The notes under the pieces are model-generated. The model worked only from the letters and a program-made list of their open reading frames with translations, did not search any database and was not told the DNA's origin. Below, in pieces: positions 41,968-56,596 of a stretch of 64,000 nucleotides of DNA; the first letter of the stretch is position 1, and each line of letters opens with the position of its first letter. The DNA is from Eledone cirrhosa (Eukaryota): contig OZ024763.1 of the NCBI GenBank assembly GCA_964016885.1, positions 29,636,001 to 29,700,000 on the forward strand, in the 5' to 3' direction. The translations under genes were made by a program, and so were the position numbers.

Positions 41968-42363
41968 GCGTATGTGTGTGTGTGTATTATTATGAATAAT
42001 GTGTGGGTGTGCATGCATGAATGTGTGTACATGTAATCACGTTGCATGTGTCGGTAAGATAGAGAATGTGTTTATGTATATAGCTCTGTATGTGAATGTG
42101 TGTGTGTATGTTTGGGCGGATGGGTTGAATTTGCTAAACATATCAATCTAAGGAAGGAAATTAGAGTAAACCACTTGAGTTTTGTTCTGTTGCAATCTCT
42201 CTCTTTGATGGCACTCAAATGAAAGTACACCCACGTATCTCTGAGTCTATTGTATATGTATTCGTATATATATATATATATATATAAATATATATACATA
42301 TATATATATACATACATATATATATATAAATATATATACATATATATATATAAATATATATAA

Positions 42364-42418
<55 letters not shown>

Positions 42419-42468
42419 TATATATATATAAATATATATAAATATATATACATACATATATATATATG

Positions 42469-42536
<68 letters not shown>

Positions 42537-42655
42537 TATATACATACATATATATATGTATATATAAATATATACATATATATATGTGTGTGCCTGTATG
42601 TCCGGCTCTGTCTCCGTGTCTGTCGGAGTATTGTGTGTATGCATTCATTTATATA

Positions 42656-42865
<210 letters not shown>

Positions 42866-43211
42866 AAAAGACTGTCTGCGGGATATCCAAACTTACGAGT
42901 TTAAATGTTCATATACGGCGTCACTTATATATGTATAATGATGTATTCATGCATAGACTTATATATATATATATATATATACACATATTGTTATACTTTG
43001 GGAGGGTCATGTTGCCAATAAGAAACACACGCACCAGTTGCTTTCACTTCAATTTATTATATATTTATAAATTTACAAATTTACAAACTTATAAATTTCT
43101 GGTTGGTTGGTTGCTAAACAAATTCAGAAACGAAATATATACACATATATGTATATATATGTGTCTGTTTGACACCGACGGCTGAGTCCTTGCCGTTTCA
43201 ACATATGTATG

Positions 43212-44315
43212 TCATCACATGGTAGCATGGGCCCAGCACTATGTGTCAATAATTGTCACAAGTGTAGTGTTTGTACGAGAGTTTTCAAGTCGCTGGCTGG
43301 ACTAAAAAGTCACACTCGTTCAACGCATCGGTAGAGGTTCTCCTACATGGATATAAAGTAGTGGCCGTACTCGAAAACGAGTTGGCAGCCACCATATATA
43401 TATATACATACATATATCATCTTGGTTAAGAGAGTGGGACTGGCTTTGTGCAGTGCCTTTGCTCACTAAAAAAGCTTCACGGCAGAGGCATTGCTTTATA
43501 TCTGGAGATCTCTCTGCACTTGTCGTCACATGGTACCATGGGCCCAGCACTATGTGTCAATAATTGTCACAAGTGTAGTGTTTGTACCAGAGTTTTCAAG
43601 TCGCTGGCTGGACTAGAAAGTCACACTCGTTCAGCGCATCGGTAGGGGTCTCCTACAGGGATATAAAGTAGTGGCCGTACTCGAAAACGAGTTGGCAGCC
43701 ACCATATATATACATACATATATCATCTTGGTTAAGAGAGTGGGACTGGCTTTGTGCAGTGCCTTTGCTCACTAAAAAAGCTTCACGGCAGAGGCATTGC
43801 TTTATATCTGGAGATCTCTCTGCACTTGTCGTCACATGGTACCAAGGGCCCAGCACTATGTGTCAATAATTGTCACAAGTGTAGTGTTTGTACGAGAGTT
43901 TTCAAGTCGCTGGCTGGACTAGAAAGTCACACTCGTTCAGCGCATCGGTAGGGGTCTCCTACAGGGATATAAAGTAGTGGCCGTACTCGAAAACGAGTTG
44001 GCAGCCACCATATATATACATACATATATCATCTTGGTTAAGAGAGTGGGACTGGCTTTGTGCAGTGCCTTTGCTCACTAAAAAAGCTTCACGGCAGAGG
44101 CATTGCTTTATATCTGGAGATCTCTCTGCACTTGTCGTCACATGGTACCATGGGCCCAGCACTATGTGTCAATAATTGTCACAAGTGTAGTGTTTGTACG
44201 AGAGTTTTCAAGTCGCTGGCTGGACTAGAAAGTCACACTCGTTCAGCGCATCAGTAGGGGTTCTCCTACATAGATATAAAGTAGTGGCCGTACTCGAAAA
44301 CGAGTTGGCAGCCAT
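43212..44315 (+). repeat. Tandem array (306-bp period, ~3.6 units) of the 3' half of the RTE-derived element
   Basis: Units restart at ~43414, 43720 and 44026; near-identical 65-aa ORFs in the track. Confidence 0.92.
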
Positions 44316-44327
44316 ATATATATCTAA

Positions 44328-44518
44328 GGCGGGTAAAATTCCCGAGATCCATGGACGAGTTCTCTCCAGCGGTCTCTGTCCCTCATTATCGCTGCCATAT
44401 CCTGTCGGTGAGCATGTCCAGCCAACCTCAGTCTCCTCTGTGTTACTTTTGATATCTAATCTATTACTGGATTGCTGGTTCAAGGCTAGATGATGAGTTC
44501 ATGCTGGAGCACACGCTT
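44328..44518 (-). mobile_element. Internally deleted RTE-type LINE 3' fragment
   Basis: Minus strand encodes KVTQRRLRLAGHAHR joined to MRDRDRWRELV, resembling RTE ORF C-terminal motifs. Confidence 0.55.
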
Positions 44519-44544
44519 TGTGTGTATATATATATATATATATA

Positions 44545-44722
44545 TGACAAAGAGGGTGTGGTAAGATACCAGGCGGACTAAAACGCTCCAGAGTACTCGA
44601 TACTTAGGGTAGTAGAGTGGGTAATAAGAAAAGAGTCAGGACCCCGACGGCTGAGTTCCGGCCGTTTACACAGCTGTCGAAAAGGATAGAGCTCAGCCGT
44701 CGGGGTCCTGACTCTTTTCCTA
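44545..44722 (-). mobile_element. Hairpin + tail element, family H copy D
   Basis: Same subfamily as copy A; (TA)n on both sides. Confidence 0.8.
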
Positions 44723-44960
44723 TATATATATATATAGAGAGAGAGAGATTACAATAATCAAAGTTCAGTTTAAGTCATTTATTTGCTTACAATTGTTTCC
44801 TCCAAACCGAGGTTTGGATTCTTCGGAGCAACTATTTACTGATCTATAACATACTTGATCTCCTTTTCAACCCAAGAGACATATAAAACATATGCGCATA
44901 TTGATCAACAGTGGGGTGACATTCATCAAATGATATAGCATGGCAATATATATATATATA

Positions 44961-45232
44961 TAACGAAGGAAATGTGGTAAGGAACCAGGTGAACCATAAC
45001 GCACCAAAGTACTCAATACTTAGGGTAGTAGAGTGGGTAATAGGAACAAGTAAGGCCCCGACGGCTGAGCTCAAGCCGTTTCGACGGCTAATTCTGTACG
45101 GAATGAAAATTTATTCTGGTATTTAAATAGCCGAACTTATCAACGGCTATTTAAATACCAGAATAAATGTTCATTCAGTACAGAATTAGCCGCCGATACG
45201 GCTTGAGCTCAGCCGTCGGGGTCTTACTTGTT

Positions 45233-45236
<4 letters not shown>
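44961..45236 (-). mobile_element. Hairpin + tail element, family H copy E (longest arms)
   Basis: ~90-bp arms around a 10-nt loop; (TA)n on both sides. Confidence 0.85.
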
Positions 45237-45299
<63 letters not shown>

Positions 45300-45549
45300 G
45301 TGTGTGTGAGTTGGTGAGTATATATTTATACAACAGAAGCGACAAAATGGCTGCTATCTGCATTTACAAGAGAATGAAATGTAATATTAATGTAAACAGC
45401 GGTAAGCCGGGACGGCTACAGTATTTGAAGCTACGCTAAGATGAAATGTTAACCTCAATTACACTTCGTTAGCCCTTGGGATATATACACTGTATATATA
45501 AATATATATGTATATATATATATATGTGTGTGTGTGAGTGTGTACAGTG

Positions 45550-45595
<46 letters not shown>

Positions 45596-45681
45596 CGTAT
45601 TTATTTATATTTATGTATATATATATGGGAATTTTCCTTATGGTTGTGTTTCTCTTTCGTTTTCTAAACGATATATATATA

Positions 45682-45811
<130 letters not shown>

Positions 45812-45899
45812 GACAGTCGATTGACTCTCGTCAAATCGGACCGAGGAAACAATGTTTCCATTGGTCTTTCCAATTGCTAACGCTATCTATCGGACGCAA

Positions 45900-45986
<87 letters not shown>

Positions 45987-46273
45987 ATATACACAACACC
46001 CTAGTAATAACAACAATAACAACAACATAAAGACATCGACATATAGACGGCGAGGTGTCTGACTGAAAATAAGATCTTAATCATTTAAAGACATGTGACC
46101 TAGTTGCTACGGGGCTTGGTCTCAGGAACTTAAGTTTTTAAGTTCGATTCCTAATGGAGCGCTTTGTCTTGGGGCAAAATGACACTTTATCTCACGTTGT
46201 TCAAATATGTTTGTGCCGGCATATTGGCAGTCTTTAGAACCTCTGATAGAATGTTTTGCGTTTCGACTCTCTA

Positions 46274-46352
46274 TTCTTCTTCTTCTTCTTCTTCTTCTTC
46301 TTCTTCTTCTTCTTCTTCTTCTTCTTCTTCGTTCCTCTTCTTCTTCTTCTTC

Positions 46353-46384
<32 letters not shown>

Positions 46385-46785
46385 CTTCTTCTTCTTCTTC
46401 TCCTTCTCCTTCTTCTCTTTCTTCTTCGTTCTTCTTCTTCTTCTTCTTCTTCTTCTTCTTCTTCTTCTTCTTCTTCTTCTTCTTCTCCTTCTCCTTCTTC
46501 TCTTTCTTCTTCGTTCTTCTTCTTATTCTTCTTCTTCTTCTTCTTCTTCTTCTTCTTCTTCTTCTTCTTCTTCTTCTCTTTCTTCTTCTTCTTCTTCATC
46601 TTCTTCTTCTTCTTCGTTCTTCTTCTTCGTTCTTCGTTGTTCTTCTTCGTTCTTCTTCTTCTTCGTTCTTCTTCGTTCTTCTTCTTCTTCTTCTTCTTCT
46701 TCTTCTTCTTCTTCTTCTTCTTCTTCTTCTCCTTCTTCTTCTTCTCTTTCTTCTTCTTCTTCTTCTTCTTCTTCTTCTTCTTTCT

Positions 46786-46832
<47 letters not shown>

Positions 46833-46847
46833 TTCTTCTCCTTCTCC
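46274..46847. repeat. (CTT)n polypyrimidine microsatellite, ~570 bp
   Basis: Direct inspection. Confidence 0.95.
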
Positions 46848-47380
46848 AATTTATTCCTGAGAGTGATGTGGAAGAGCAGAGTCTTCAGACGAATATCACT
46901 GTGTGGCTGAAATGAAGATGTGTAACCAGGATTAAATATGTGTGTGTGTGTGTCTGTGAATCTGCCTGTGTGTGTCTCTCTTTGTTTATATGTGTGTGTT
47001 TCTCAGTGTTTGTATCGGTATGTGTGTGTGTGTATGTTTTTATCGGTCAGTATGTATGTGCAGATATGTGTGTATGTCTATGTGTGTGTGTTTGTATCGG
47101 TCAGTCTGTGTGTATGTGTAGATGTGTGTGTGCGTGTGTGTGTGTGTGTCTGTATATCAGTTTGTGTGTGTGAAATTGTCTGTCTATGTGTGTGTCTACC
47201 TGTGTGTGTGTGTTTGTATCAGTCTGTATGTGTGTGTTTATGTGTGTTTATATAGGTATGTGTGTGTGTGTGTGTGTGTGTGTTTGTATAGGTACGTCTG
47301 TCTGTGTGTGTGTGTTTGTATCGGTCGGTATGTGTGTGTGTGTGTATCTGTTTGTGTGCCTGTGTGTGAATCTGCCTGTC

Positions 47381-47462
<82 letters not shown>

Positions 47463-47747
47463 TGTATATGTCCATCTGTCTGTGTATCTCTCTCTCTGTA
47501 TGTGTGTGTGTGTTTGTATAGGTATCTGTGTGTGTGTATTTGTATCGGTCAGTCCCTGTGTAGAAGTGTGTGTGTATATATATATATCTGTGTGTCTGAG
47601 CGTGTACCTGTCTGTGGTCAATCTGTGTGTATGTGTAGGTGTGTGTGTGTGTGTGTGTTTTGTATCGGTCAGTCTATGTGTAGAAGTGTGTATATATATA
47701 TATCTGTGTGTGTGTATGTGTTTTGTATCGGTCAGTCTATGTGTAGA

Positions 47748-47804
<57 letters not shown>

Positions 47805-47933
47805 CTGTGCTTGTACCTGTCTGTAGTCAATCTGTGTGTATGTGTAGGTGTGCGTGTGTGTGTATATCTATTCATGTGTATGTCTGTGTGTGTTCCTGTG
47901 TAATGTTTTGTATCGGTCAGTCTATGTGTAGAA

Positions 47934-47985
<52 letters not shown>

Positions 47986-48299
47986 GTGTGTCTGTGCTTG
48001 TACCTGTCTGTAGTCAATCTGTGTGTATGTGTAGGTGTGCGTGTGTGTGTATATCTAGTCATCTGTATGTCTGTGTGTGTTCCTGTGTGTTTGTATATAT
48101 CTGTATGAGAGTAAAACAGTCTGTGTGTGTATCCGTGTAAGTTCCTATTAAAGTGTGATAGACACACATAAGTTGCTAATCTATAACATATGTTTGAATA
48201 AAGAAAGTAAAAAATATAAAAAAACTTAAATTCATGAAGGAAAATGGACGTCATGGCGACTTATGAAAGACGAGATATTTTACATTGATAAATTCCCTC

Positions 48300-49960
<1,661 letters not shown>

Positions 49961-50190
49961 TAGCATGCACTGCAGGAGATTCTCTTCATCAGCTGTTGAC
50001 TGGGTATCAAAATGCTTTCGGCCCCTCCCAACCGTACTCCACATTCTCGTGGTGTCAAGCATCTTTAATGCTACAAGACGAAATGTAAAGGACTGCGCTG
50101 TTCATTTAAGGCCCCATATCTTTAAGTAGACCCTTTTTATATAAATTGTAGTTACTCAGAGATCGGATTTACCATCGAGAATGTTGAAAG

Positions 50191-50241
<51 letters not shown>

Positions 50242-50285
50242 TATATACATATGTATTTATATATATATGTATATGTGTGTGTGTG

Positions 50286-50334
<49 letters not shown>

Positions 50335-50589
50335 CTGTGTGTGAGTGTGTGTGTGTATTTATATATATACATATATTTATATATTCGGAAAGCATGAAAT
50401 GTGGGCACCTCATGAATACTCTTTAAATATATATTTTAAATATATTCATGTATATAAATGTGCATACTAACACATACATGCATATATATATATTTATATA
50501 TATATAATATATTTTCATGCATATATGATATATATATATATTTATACATATTATACATTTATATATATATATATATAGATATTTATATA

Positions 50590-50654
<65 letters not shown>

Positions 50655-51514
50655 GGTTGGGTAGGTGGTACTTTCGAATAAATACTGTCCCTATTAAGAC
50701 TATATGACTAATTTCGTATCTCATTGAGGGGGTTTTGGGGTGGTTTTTTTCATTTTCACTTTTTTATTATTTTTTTTCAAAAATTACACCTAATTTTTTT
50801 TTTCAATATTTAGTCATATATTATTTATGTCATAATTCTAACCAAGAAAAAAAAAATAATAACAATAATAATAAATTTTCCAGAATTACACTTTTACTAA
50901 AATAATACAAACTTCGGGCCCCACTTCCGAAAAAGGAGCCTCCCACCCCTCAAAAAAAAAAACGAACGAAAATATGCAATGAAAATGATGATAACAAAAT
51001 GAAGGAAAAAAGCGATAAAATACATACCCCCTCCCATCAATATCTAAGCAATCACACAAAAAGAAAACACATATACACTCATAAAAGGAAGAATATTTGA
51101 ACTATTAAAGAAGAAATTATGACATAAAATTATTGTTATCAACTTCAAAAAGATTCAATAGTTTTAGTTGTTTTTTTTTGTAGGGGGTGATTTTATTTTT
51201 ATTTTTGTATTTTATTTAGTTTTATGTATATATATATATATATATTTTTTTTAGTTTTTTTTATATTTTTATATTTATAATTTCTTAGTTAAAAAGCAAA
51301 AGAACAAATTGAAGAAGCGAAGAATTTCTAAATTTCTAACTGGAAACAATTCCGTTAAATGCTATTATTTAAAAGTGTTTCGTTCTACCCCACCCAACCA
51401 TAACCCAGTCTCACCAGTCCCCAGTACCAGCCCTAGATTCTTCAAAATACCAACCGTCAACTTCAAATCCCCCGTAGAGTTCACTGTAAAACCACACCCC
51501 CTATAGTAATAATA

Positions 51515-51945
51515 ATAGTTTTTACTTTAGACACAAGGTCAGCAATTATCTCAGTACATTACTGGTACTTTATTTTATCGACCCCGTAAGGATGAAAGGC
51601 AAAGTTAACCTCAGTGGTAATAATTGTTTCTACTTTAGGCACAAGCCAGTAATTTGGAGGAGAGGAGAAGTCGATTAAATCGACCAGAGTTCATTACTGG
51701 TACTTTATTTTATCGACCCCATAAGAAAGAAAGATAACGCTAACCTCAAGTGGATTTGAACTCAGAACGTAAAGGGAAGAAACTCTAAGCTGTAAGCATG
51801 TTGTCTCGACGCTCTACCAATACTGCCAAACCAGCGCTCTTAAATATTTATTTATGGTTTAGGCACAGGCCTAATTTGGGGGAGAGGGGATAGACGATTA
51901 AATCGACCCAAGTGCATTACTGGAGCTTTATATATCGACCCCATG
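51515..51945 (-). mobile_element. Cluster of three SINE copies or fragments (same family)
   Basis: Recurring cattactggtactttattttatcgacccc-like core at ~51557, ~51693 and ~51915. Confidence 0.75.
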
Positions 51946-52170
51946 TTTACACACAAGCTGAAACCGCATGGCGCCGTGGTCAGGGTTTTACATATCTTTA
52001 TACCCACTCTGCATCTTCACATGCATTGAGTACTCCCATGATTAGTGGTCTTCTCGGTTTCATAACCGCAGACTCTTTCTCTGGATGTATATATATATCA
52101 ACAATGTTTCCGTTGGGCTTTCCAATTTCTAATAATATCTATGGGTGGCAACTCCAGGTAGAAGGAACAA

Positions 52171-52273
52171 CGTGAAATAAAATGCCTTGCTCAAGGACAT
52201 AACGCATCGCCCGGTCCAGGAATCGAACTCACAACCTACACGATTGCGAATCCAATCCTCTAACCACTCAGCC
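52171..52273 (-). mobile_element. Second-family tRNA-derived SINE, 3'-truncated
   Basis: Reverse complement of the 34253 head and body. Confidence 0.7.
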
Positions 52274-52435
52274 CGGTTTCAATCGGGGGTAACCACAGCA
52301 AGTAAGGTACTCAATACATCACTAGAGTGCAAACAACACATTTAATATAAATATGGCTTCTACAGGGCTTTCCTGATGATTTGCTTCGAACGAAACAGTT
52401 CTAGTCCTTTCTATATAAAGTTTGCTATATATATA

Positions 52436-52513
<78 letters not shown>

Positions 52514-52745
52514 GTGAACATAATATGATAATAATAATGATATCGAACATGCCAATTTAGGGGCCAATTTAGGGGGGGGGGGGGTTATCATATTCATCAT
52601 CTTCTTCATCTTTATATTCTAAGCGGGAAAAAATTTATAAAAAAAAACCTAGCACGTCCCTAAGGGTTTCTGGTATTCATAAATTCTCAAACATATTTCT
52701 CATTTAATTGGTGCCATTTTGATTACAAGGAGCAGAAGAAAAAAA

Positions 52746-52817
<72 letters not shown>

Positions 52818-52838
52818 CCGTCTAAATTAATAATAATA

Positions 52839-52881
<43 letters not shown>

Positions 52882-53141
52882 TTTCTTTATTAACCACAAG
52901 GGTTTACATAAAGTAGACATTAAGGACAGTGCAGGACAATGCAGGACGGTACAAATGGGCATTTCTGCGTGTAAAAAAAACAAAAATAGAGGATGTAACA
53001 AAAATAACAATGAAAATAACAATGAAAAATTCCCCAATAGGGGGAGACTTCGGAGGGACATTTGTGGAGAAAGCCCAGTAAAAAGCCACAATGACCCTGA
53101 CCACCAAGGCAAGTGCCCTCTCCCAGTTTTCCACCTTTAGT

Positions 53142-56100
53142 TTACAGATATATACTCAGAGTCGGCCCATTCACTCGGGCCATTCTTGCTTCTCTCACCC
53201 ATCTTTCAACAAAATGCTGGGAAGAGAGCACTTCCTTCTCTACTCTGATTTTCCTTTTCAAATGAAATTTGAAAAAGTCAATCAGAGCATCACCGAAGAG
53301 GTAAGTGCTCGTCTTCAGCCCTTTCAAACGTGTCCACCATACTATCTCTTTCGCCATGGCCACCAGACAGATAAAAACTGCCTGCCCTTCCCGGCTAAAG
53401 GAGGAGGGCGGGGCAATCCTCACGATAGACTCAGATGATAGCTGGATCCGTCCTAAACGCGACAGCAGGTGTTCGACATAAACCCACAAGTCAGCAATTT
53501 TCGGACACTGGACGAGTGCGTGCAGGACGGTTTCGTCGCCCTGCGCGCATCTCGGACATGCCCGGCTGACGGCACCTCCATGCCTGTAGAGTTTATCCCG
53601 AACTGGCAAGGCTCCTCGGTAGCACTGCCAGGCCAGAGATTTCTGGAAGTTGTCCATAGGCCCTGGCCCGAAGGTTCTTCCGAAGAGATTGGCTAGTTGA
53701 TTTTCGTCGACGCCTAGAGTTTCCCCAAGTACGTCGTCGCTCTTCCCCTCCACTAATCCTCTATAGAACGCCGAGGTGGAGTTTCCACCGATCACATTGC
53801 CCGATTGGTCGAGGGCTGTGAGCGCCTGAAGACATTCCAGTCTCCAGGCGCTCCCTCTCGGTCTTCGCTTGACCCAGGACTGCAGCTCCGTCAAGGAAAC
53901 GAGCTGGGGAAAAACGCGTCTAGCAAACGGCGACCACACCTGATCACCGTCGAGGAAGAGGTGGAGATGTCGTAGCCTGAGCGCGTGCCTGCGCATCATC
54001 AGCCACGGCATGCCCAGCCCTCCACGTAGCGGGTGTTGACAACAGATGGACCGCCTGACCATCGGAGCACGTCCCTTCCACAAAAAGCGAAAGAGCAAAC
54101 GCTCCAGCGCAGTCAGGCGAGGCTTAGGACAAGGTACGACGGTTAGGCGGTAGCAGATGACAGACGCGATGTACGCGTTAGCCACCTCCGCTCGACCTTT
54201 CAGGGATAGCTTCCTCTCCGCCCATTTCTGGGTGAGAGAAGCCACCCTGCTCGTCACCTCGTCCCAGTTTTTGTCCGTCTGGAGGTCCGGACCGAACCAG
54301 ACCCCTAGCAATTTAACCGGTCCGTCCGTCCAGCGCCCGACGACGCTGTTGGACGGCATGGACCTGCCTCTCCAGGTGCCGAGCTGCAGGCCCACTGACT
54401 TTTCCTGGTTGATCATTGCTCCTGTCACCGCTTCGTATTCTCTTAGTGTAGTGCCGATCGCCTCGATGTGTTTGGCGTTCGACACCACTACGGTGACATC
54501 GTCCGCATATGCTGACACGGATCTTCCGCATCCTAGTTCGCGCGGGACTCCCCTCAACGTCTCCAGTTTGTGCAGTAATGGCTCGAGAGTCAATACGTAC
54601 AAGAGGGACGAGAGGGGACATCCTTGGCGGACCGAGCGCATGATGTTGAACGGTTCCGACAGGTGACCGTTCACTCTCACCACAGAGCAGATGTCGCTGT
54701 GCATGGCAGCGATCCAGCCTCTGAAGACGGGCCCAAAGCCAGCCGCCCTCAGGACTGCCGCTAGGTAACGATGGTCGACCCTATCGAAAGCTTTCGACTG
54801 ATCTAAATTGATCAAGGACCCACCCGTGCCAGGTTCCCTAGCTACCCTCTCTACGATGTATCGCATGAGGTGGAGGTTGTCGTGGATGGATCTGTCGGGA
54901 ATGGCGCATGTCTGCGCCTCTCCCACCAGACCACCAACGACAAGCGCCAACCTCTTTGCTAGCACCTTGGCCAAAATCTTAAACTCTGTGTTTAGCAGAG
55001 TTATGGGCCGGAAATTGTCTATGTTATCCCCCTTGTTCGGATCCTTTCTCAGCAGTGCCACCGCTCCTCGGCTCACAGAACTGGGAATTCTCCCGTTCTG
55101 TTGCCAGTTGCAGTAGACGTCCGCCAAGAGGCCTCCGAACAAGTCTGGCATCTGTACGTAAAGTTCATAGGGCAGACCATCCAAACCAGGCGATTTACCC
55201 CTTGTGCAGCCAGTCATTGCCTCCCTTACTTCAGCGGCTGTTATCGGCTTTTCGCAACACTTCGCCTCAGTGGCCGAGAGCCGCGGCAGTCCGTCGAGGT
55301 AGACACTAAAGTCCATCCCTCTACCCGGCCCCCCGCTGCCCCCGAACAGCTGAGCGAAGTGTCGCTGAAAAGCTTCACACATTTGCCCGGGATCGAGTAG
55401 CATGCGCCCGTCGTGGTCCACCAAAGACCGGATCGTGGCTTTGTTGCCACGACGCGCCTCCGCCACTCGGGCCCATTGAACGGCTTTCGTCCCCTCGTGT
55501 CTGAGAGCACGCACCCTAGCTCTGACAACGCAGCCTTCGTGCTTTGCATTGAAGAATTGGTCAAGGGCCAATTTCGCCGCAAGCACGTCGGTCGCAATGC
55601 CTTTGCTAAGCGCCTCGTCTAATTTTCTAACTAGTTCTCCCTCTCCTCTATTTTTCTCTATTGCTAAAGCCTTACTAAACCTAATCGATTCTATTCTAAT
55701 CGCTCTTTTCAGAGCAAACCACCACTTGTTGTTGACGATGGCCCCCGTCAACGCCCGCTTAACTAGTTCGCTAATCCGGTCTCTGTAGGCCTTGCGCGCT
55801 GGTAAGGACGCGTTTAGCTTCCAGTAGCCGGGTCCTCGTCTATGAAGCCTATCTAAGTCAAGCACACAGATCACGAATTTGTGGTCCGTGTAGCTGACTA
55901 TCTTGAATTGTGGACAGCCTATGCTAGACCTATCTATTTCCCTACAAAATACTCTATCTAGATATGATCTGGATGACCCTATGCGGTTTGTCCAAGTCCA
56001 CATTGGCACATTCGGGAAATCCAATCGGTACCTGTCAGACAGTTCAAAACGCCTGAGCAGGTTGGTGAGGCTCTTGCACCCTCCACCCCTATCCGCTAAT

Positions 56101-56561
56101 CCCACACAGTCCCAGCGTGCATCTAAGATCCCGTTCCAGTCGCCCACTAACACTAAAGAGCGCGACGTTCCAAGAAAGGTCTCCAGACGCCGGAAGAAAT
56201 CAGGCCGCCCTGCTCCTGTCGGGGCATAGACGGCCACTAGCCTGAAAGCTTGCCCGTCTCCGCTGGTCACGTCCAGCACCACCAGCTTACCCTCTGGGTC
56301 CAGGAAGATGGCCCGTATGGCGAGATCCAAACCTCTCCGAAAAAGCACAGCAACTCCTCCACCCGATCCAGGACGGCTGGGAGATGCGTACACATCGTAG
56401 CCGCCGAAGATCGGTGCGAAGGCCCGTGCTTCGGAGATTCTGGTCTCGCTGATGGCCACTACATCTATGTTTAGTGACCTGAGGTCGTTGAGCAGGTGAC
56501 CCTGCTTCCATGACGACCCCAAGCCACGCGCATTTATGCTGCCTATTCTGAGTGAGGTCAT
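53142..56561 (-). CDS. Tx1/L1-type ORF2: APE endonuclease, reverse transcriptase, C-terminal zinc finger (1139 aa, intact)
   Basis: SINARGL, ISET, VYAP, VGDWN, YLDR, TDH; KSPGLDG, FRPITLLN, DQSKAFDRV, VRQGCPLS, AYADD; CPRC...ETVLHALVQC. Confidence 0.95.
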   Translation of the reverse strand: MTSLRIGSINARGLGSSWKQGHLLNDLRSLNIDVVAISETRISEARAFAPIFGGYDVYASPSRPGSGGGVAVLFRRGLDLAIRAIFLDPEGKLVVLDVTSGDGQAFRLVAVYAPTGAGRPDFFRRLETFLGTSRSLVLVGDWNGILDARWDCVGLADRGGGCKSLTNLLRRFELSDRYRLDFPNVPMWTWTNRIGSSRSYLDRVFCREIDRSSIGCPQFKIVSYTDHKFVICVLDLDRLHRRGPGYWKLNASLPARKAYRDRISELVKRALTGAIVNNKWWFALKRAIRIESIRFSKALAIEKNRGEGELVRKLDEALSKGIATDVLAAKLALDQFFNAKHEGCVVRARVRALRHEGTKAVQWARVAEARRGNKATIRSLVDHDGRMLLDPGQMCEAFQRHFAQLFGGSGGPGRGMDFSVYLDGLPRLSATEAKCCEKPITAAEVREAMTGCTRGKSPGLDGLPYELYVQMPDLFGGLLADVYCNWQQNGRIPSSVSRGAVALLRKDPNKGDNIDNFRPITLLNTEFKILAKVLAKRLALVVGGLVGEAQTCAIPDRSIHDNLHLMRYIVERVAREPGTGGSLINLDQSKAFDRVDHRYLAAVLRAAGFGPVFRGWIAAMHSDICSVVRVNGHLSEPFNIMRSVRQGCPLSSLLYVLTLEPLLHKLETLRGVPRELGCGRSVSAYADDVTVVVSNAKHIEAIGTTLREYEAVTGAMINQEKSVGLQLGTWRGRSMPSNSVVGRWTDGPVKLLGVWFGPDLQTDKNWDEVTSRVASLTQKWAERKLSLKGRAEVANAYIASVICYRLTVVPCPKPRLTALERLLFRFLWKGRAPMVRRSICCQHPLRGGLGMPWLMMRRHALRLRHLHLFLDGDQVWSPFARRVFPQLVSLTELQSWVKRRPRGSAWRLECLQALTALDQSGNVIGGNSTSAFYRGLVEGKSDDVLGETLGVDENQLANLFGRTFGPGPMDNFQKSLAWQCYRGALPVRDKLYRHGGAVSRACPRCAQGDETVLHALVQCPKIADLWVYVEHLLSRLGRIQLSSESIVRIAPPSSFSREGQAVFICLVAMAKEIVWWTRLKGLKTSTYLFGDALIDFFKFHLKRKIRVEKEVLSSQHFVERWVREARMARVNGPTLSIYL

Positions 56562-56596
56562 GTTTAAAATAGAGTGGAAAAGATGGGAAAGACCAC

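Noticed and set aside
44840-44942. Hammerhead-like motif on the minus strand (TTGATGA...GAAA)
   Set aside because: Core mutated, and stems II and III unconvincing
46845-46915. Possible host exon next to the (CTT)n tract
   Set aside because: An acceptor-like ttcatttcag exists on the minus strand, but there is no donor, recognisable peptide or partner exon
49975-50030. Type II hammerhead on the minus strand (GAAA...CTGATGA)
   Set aside because: Stems I and II do not pair
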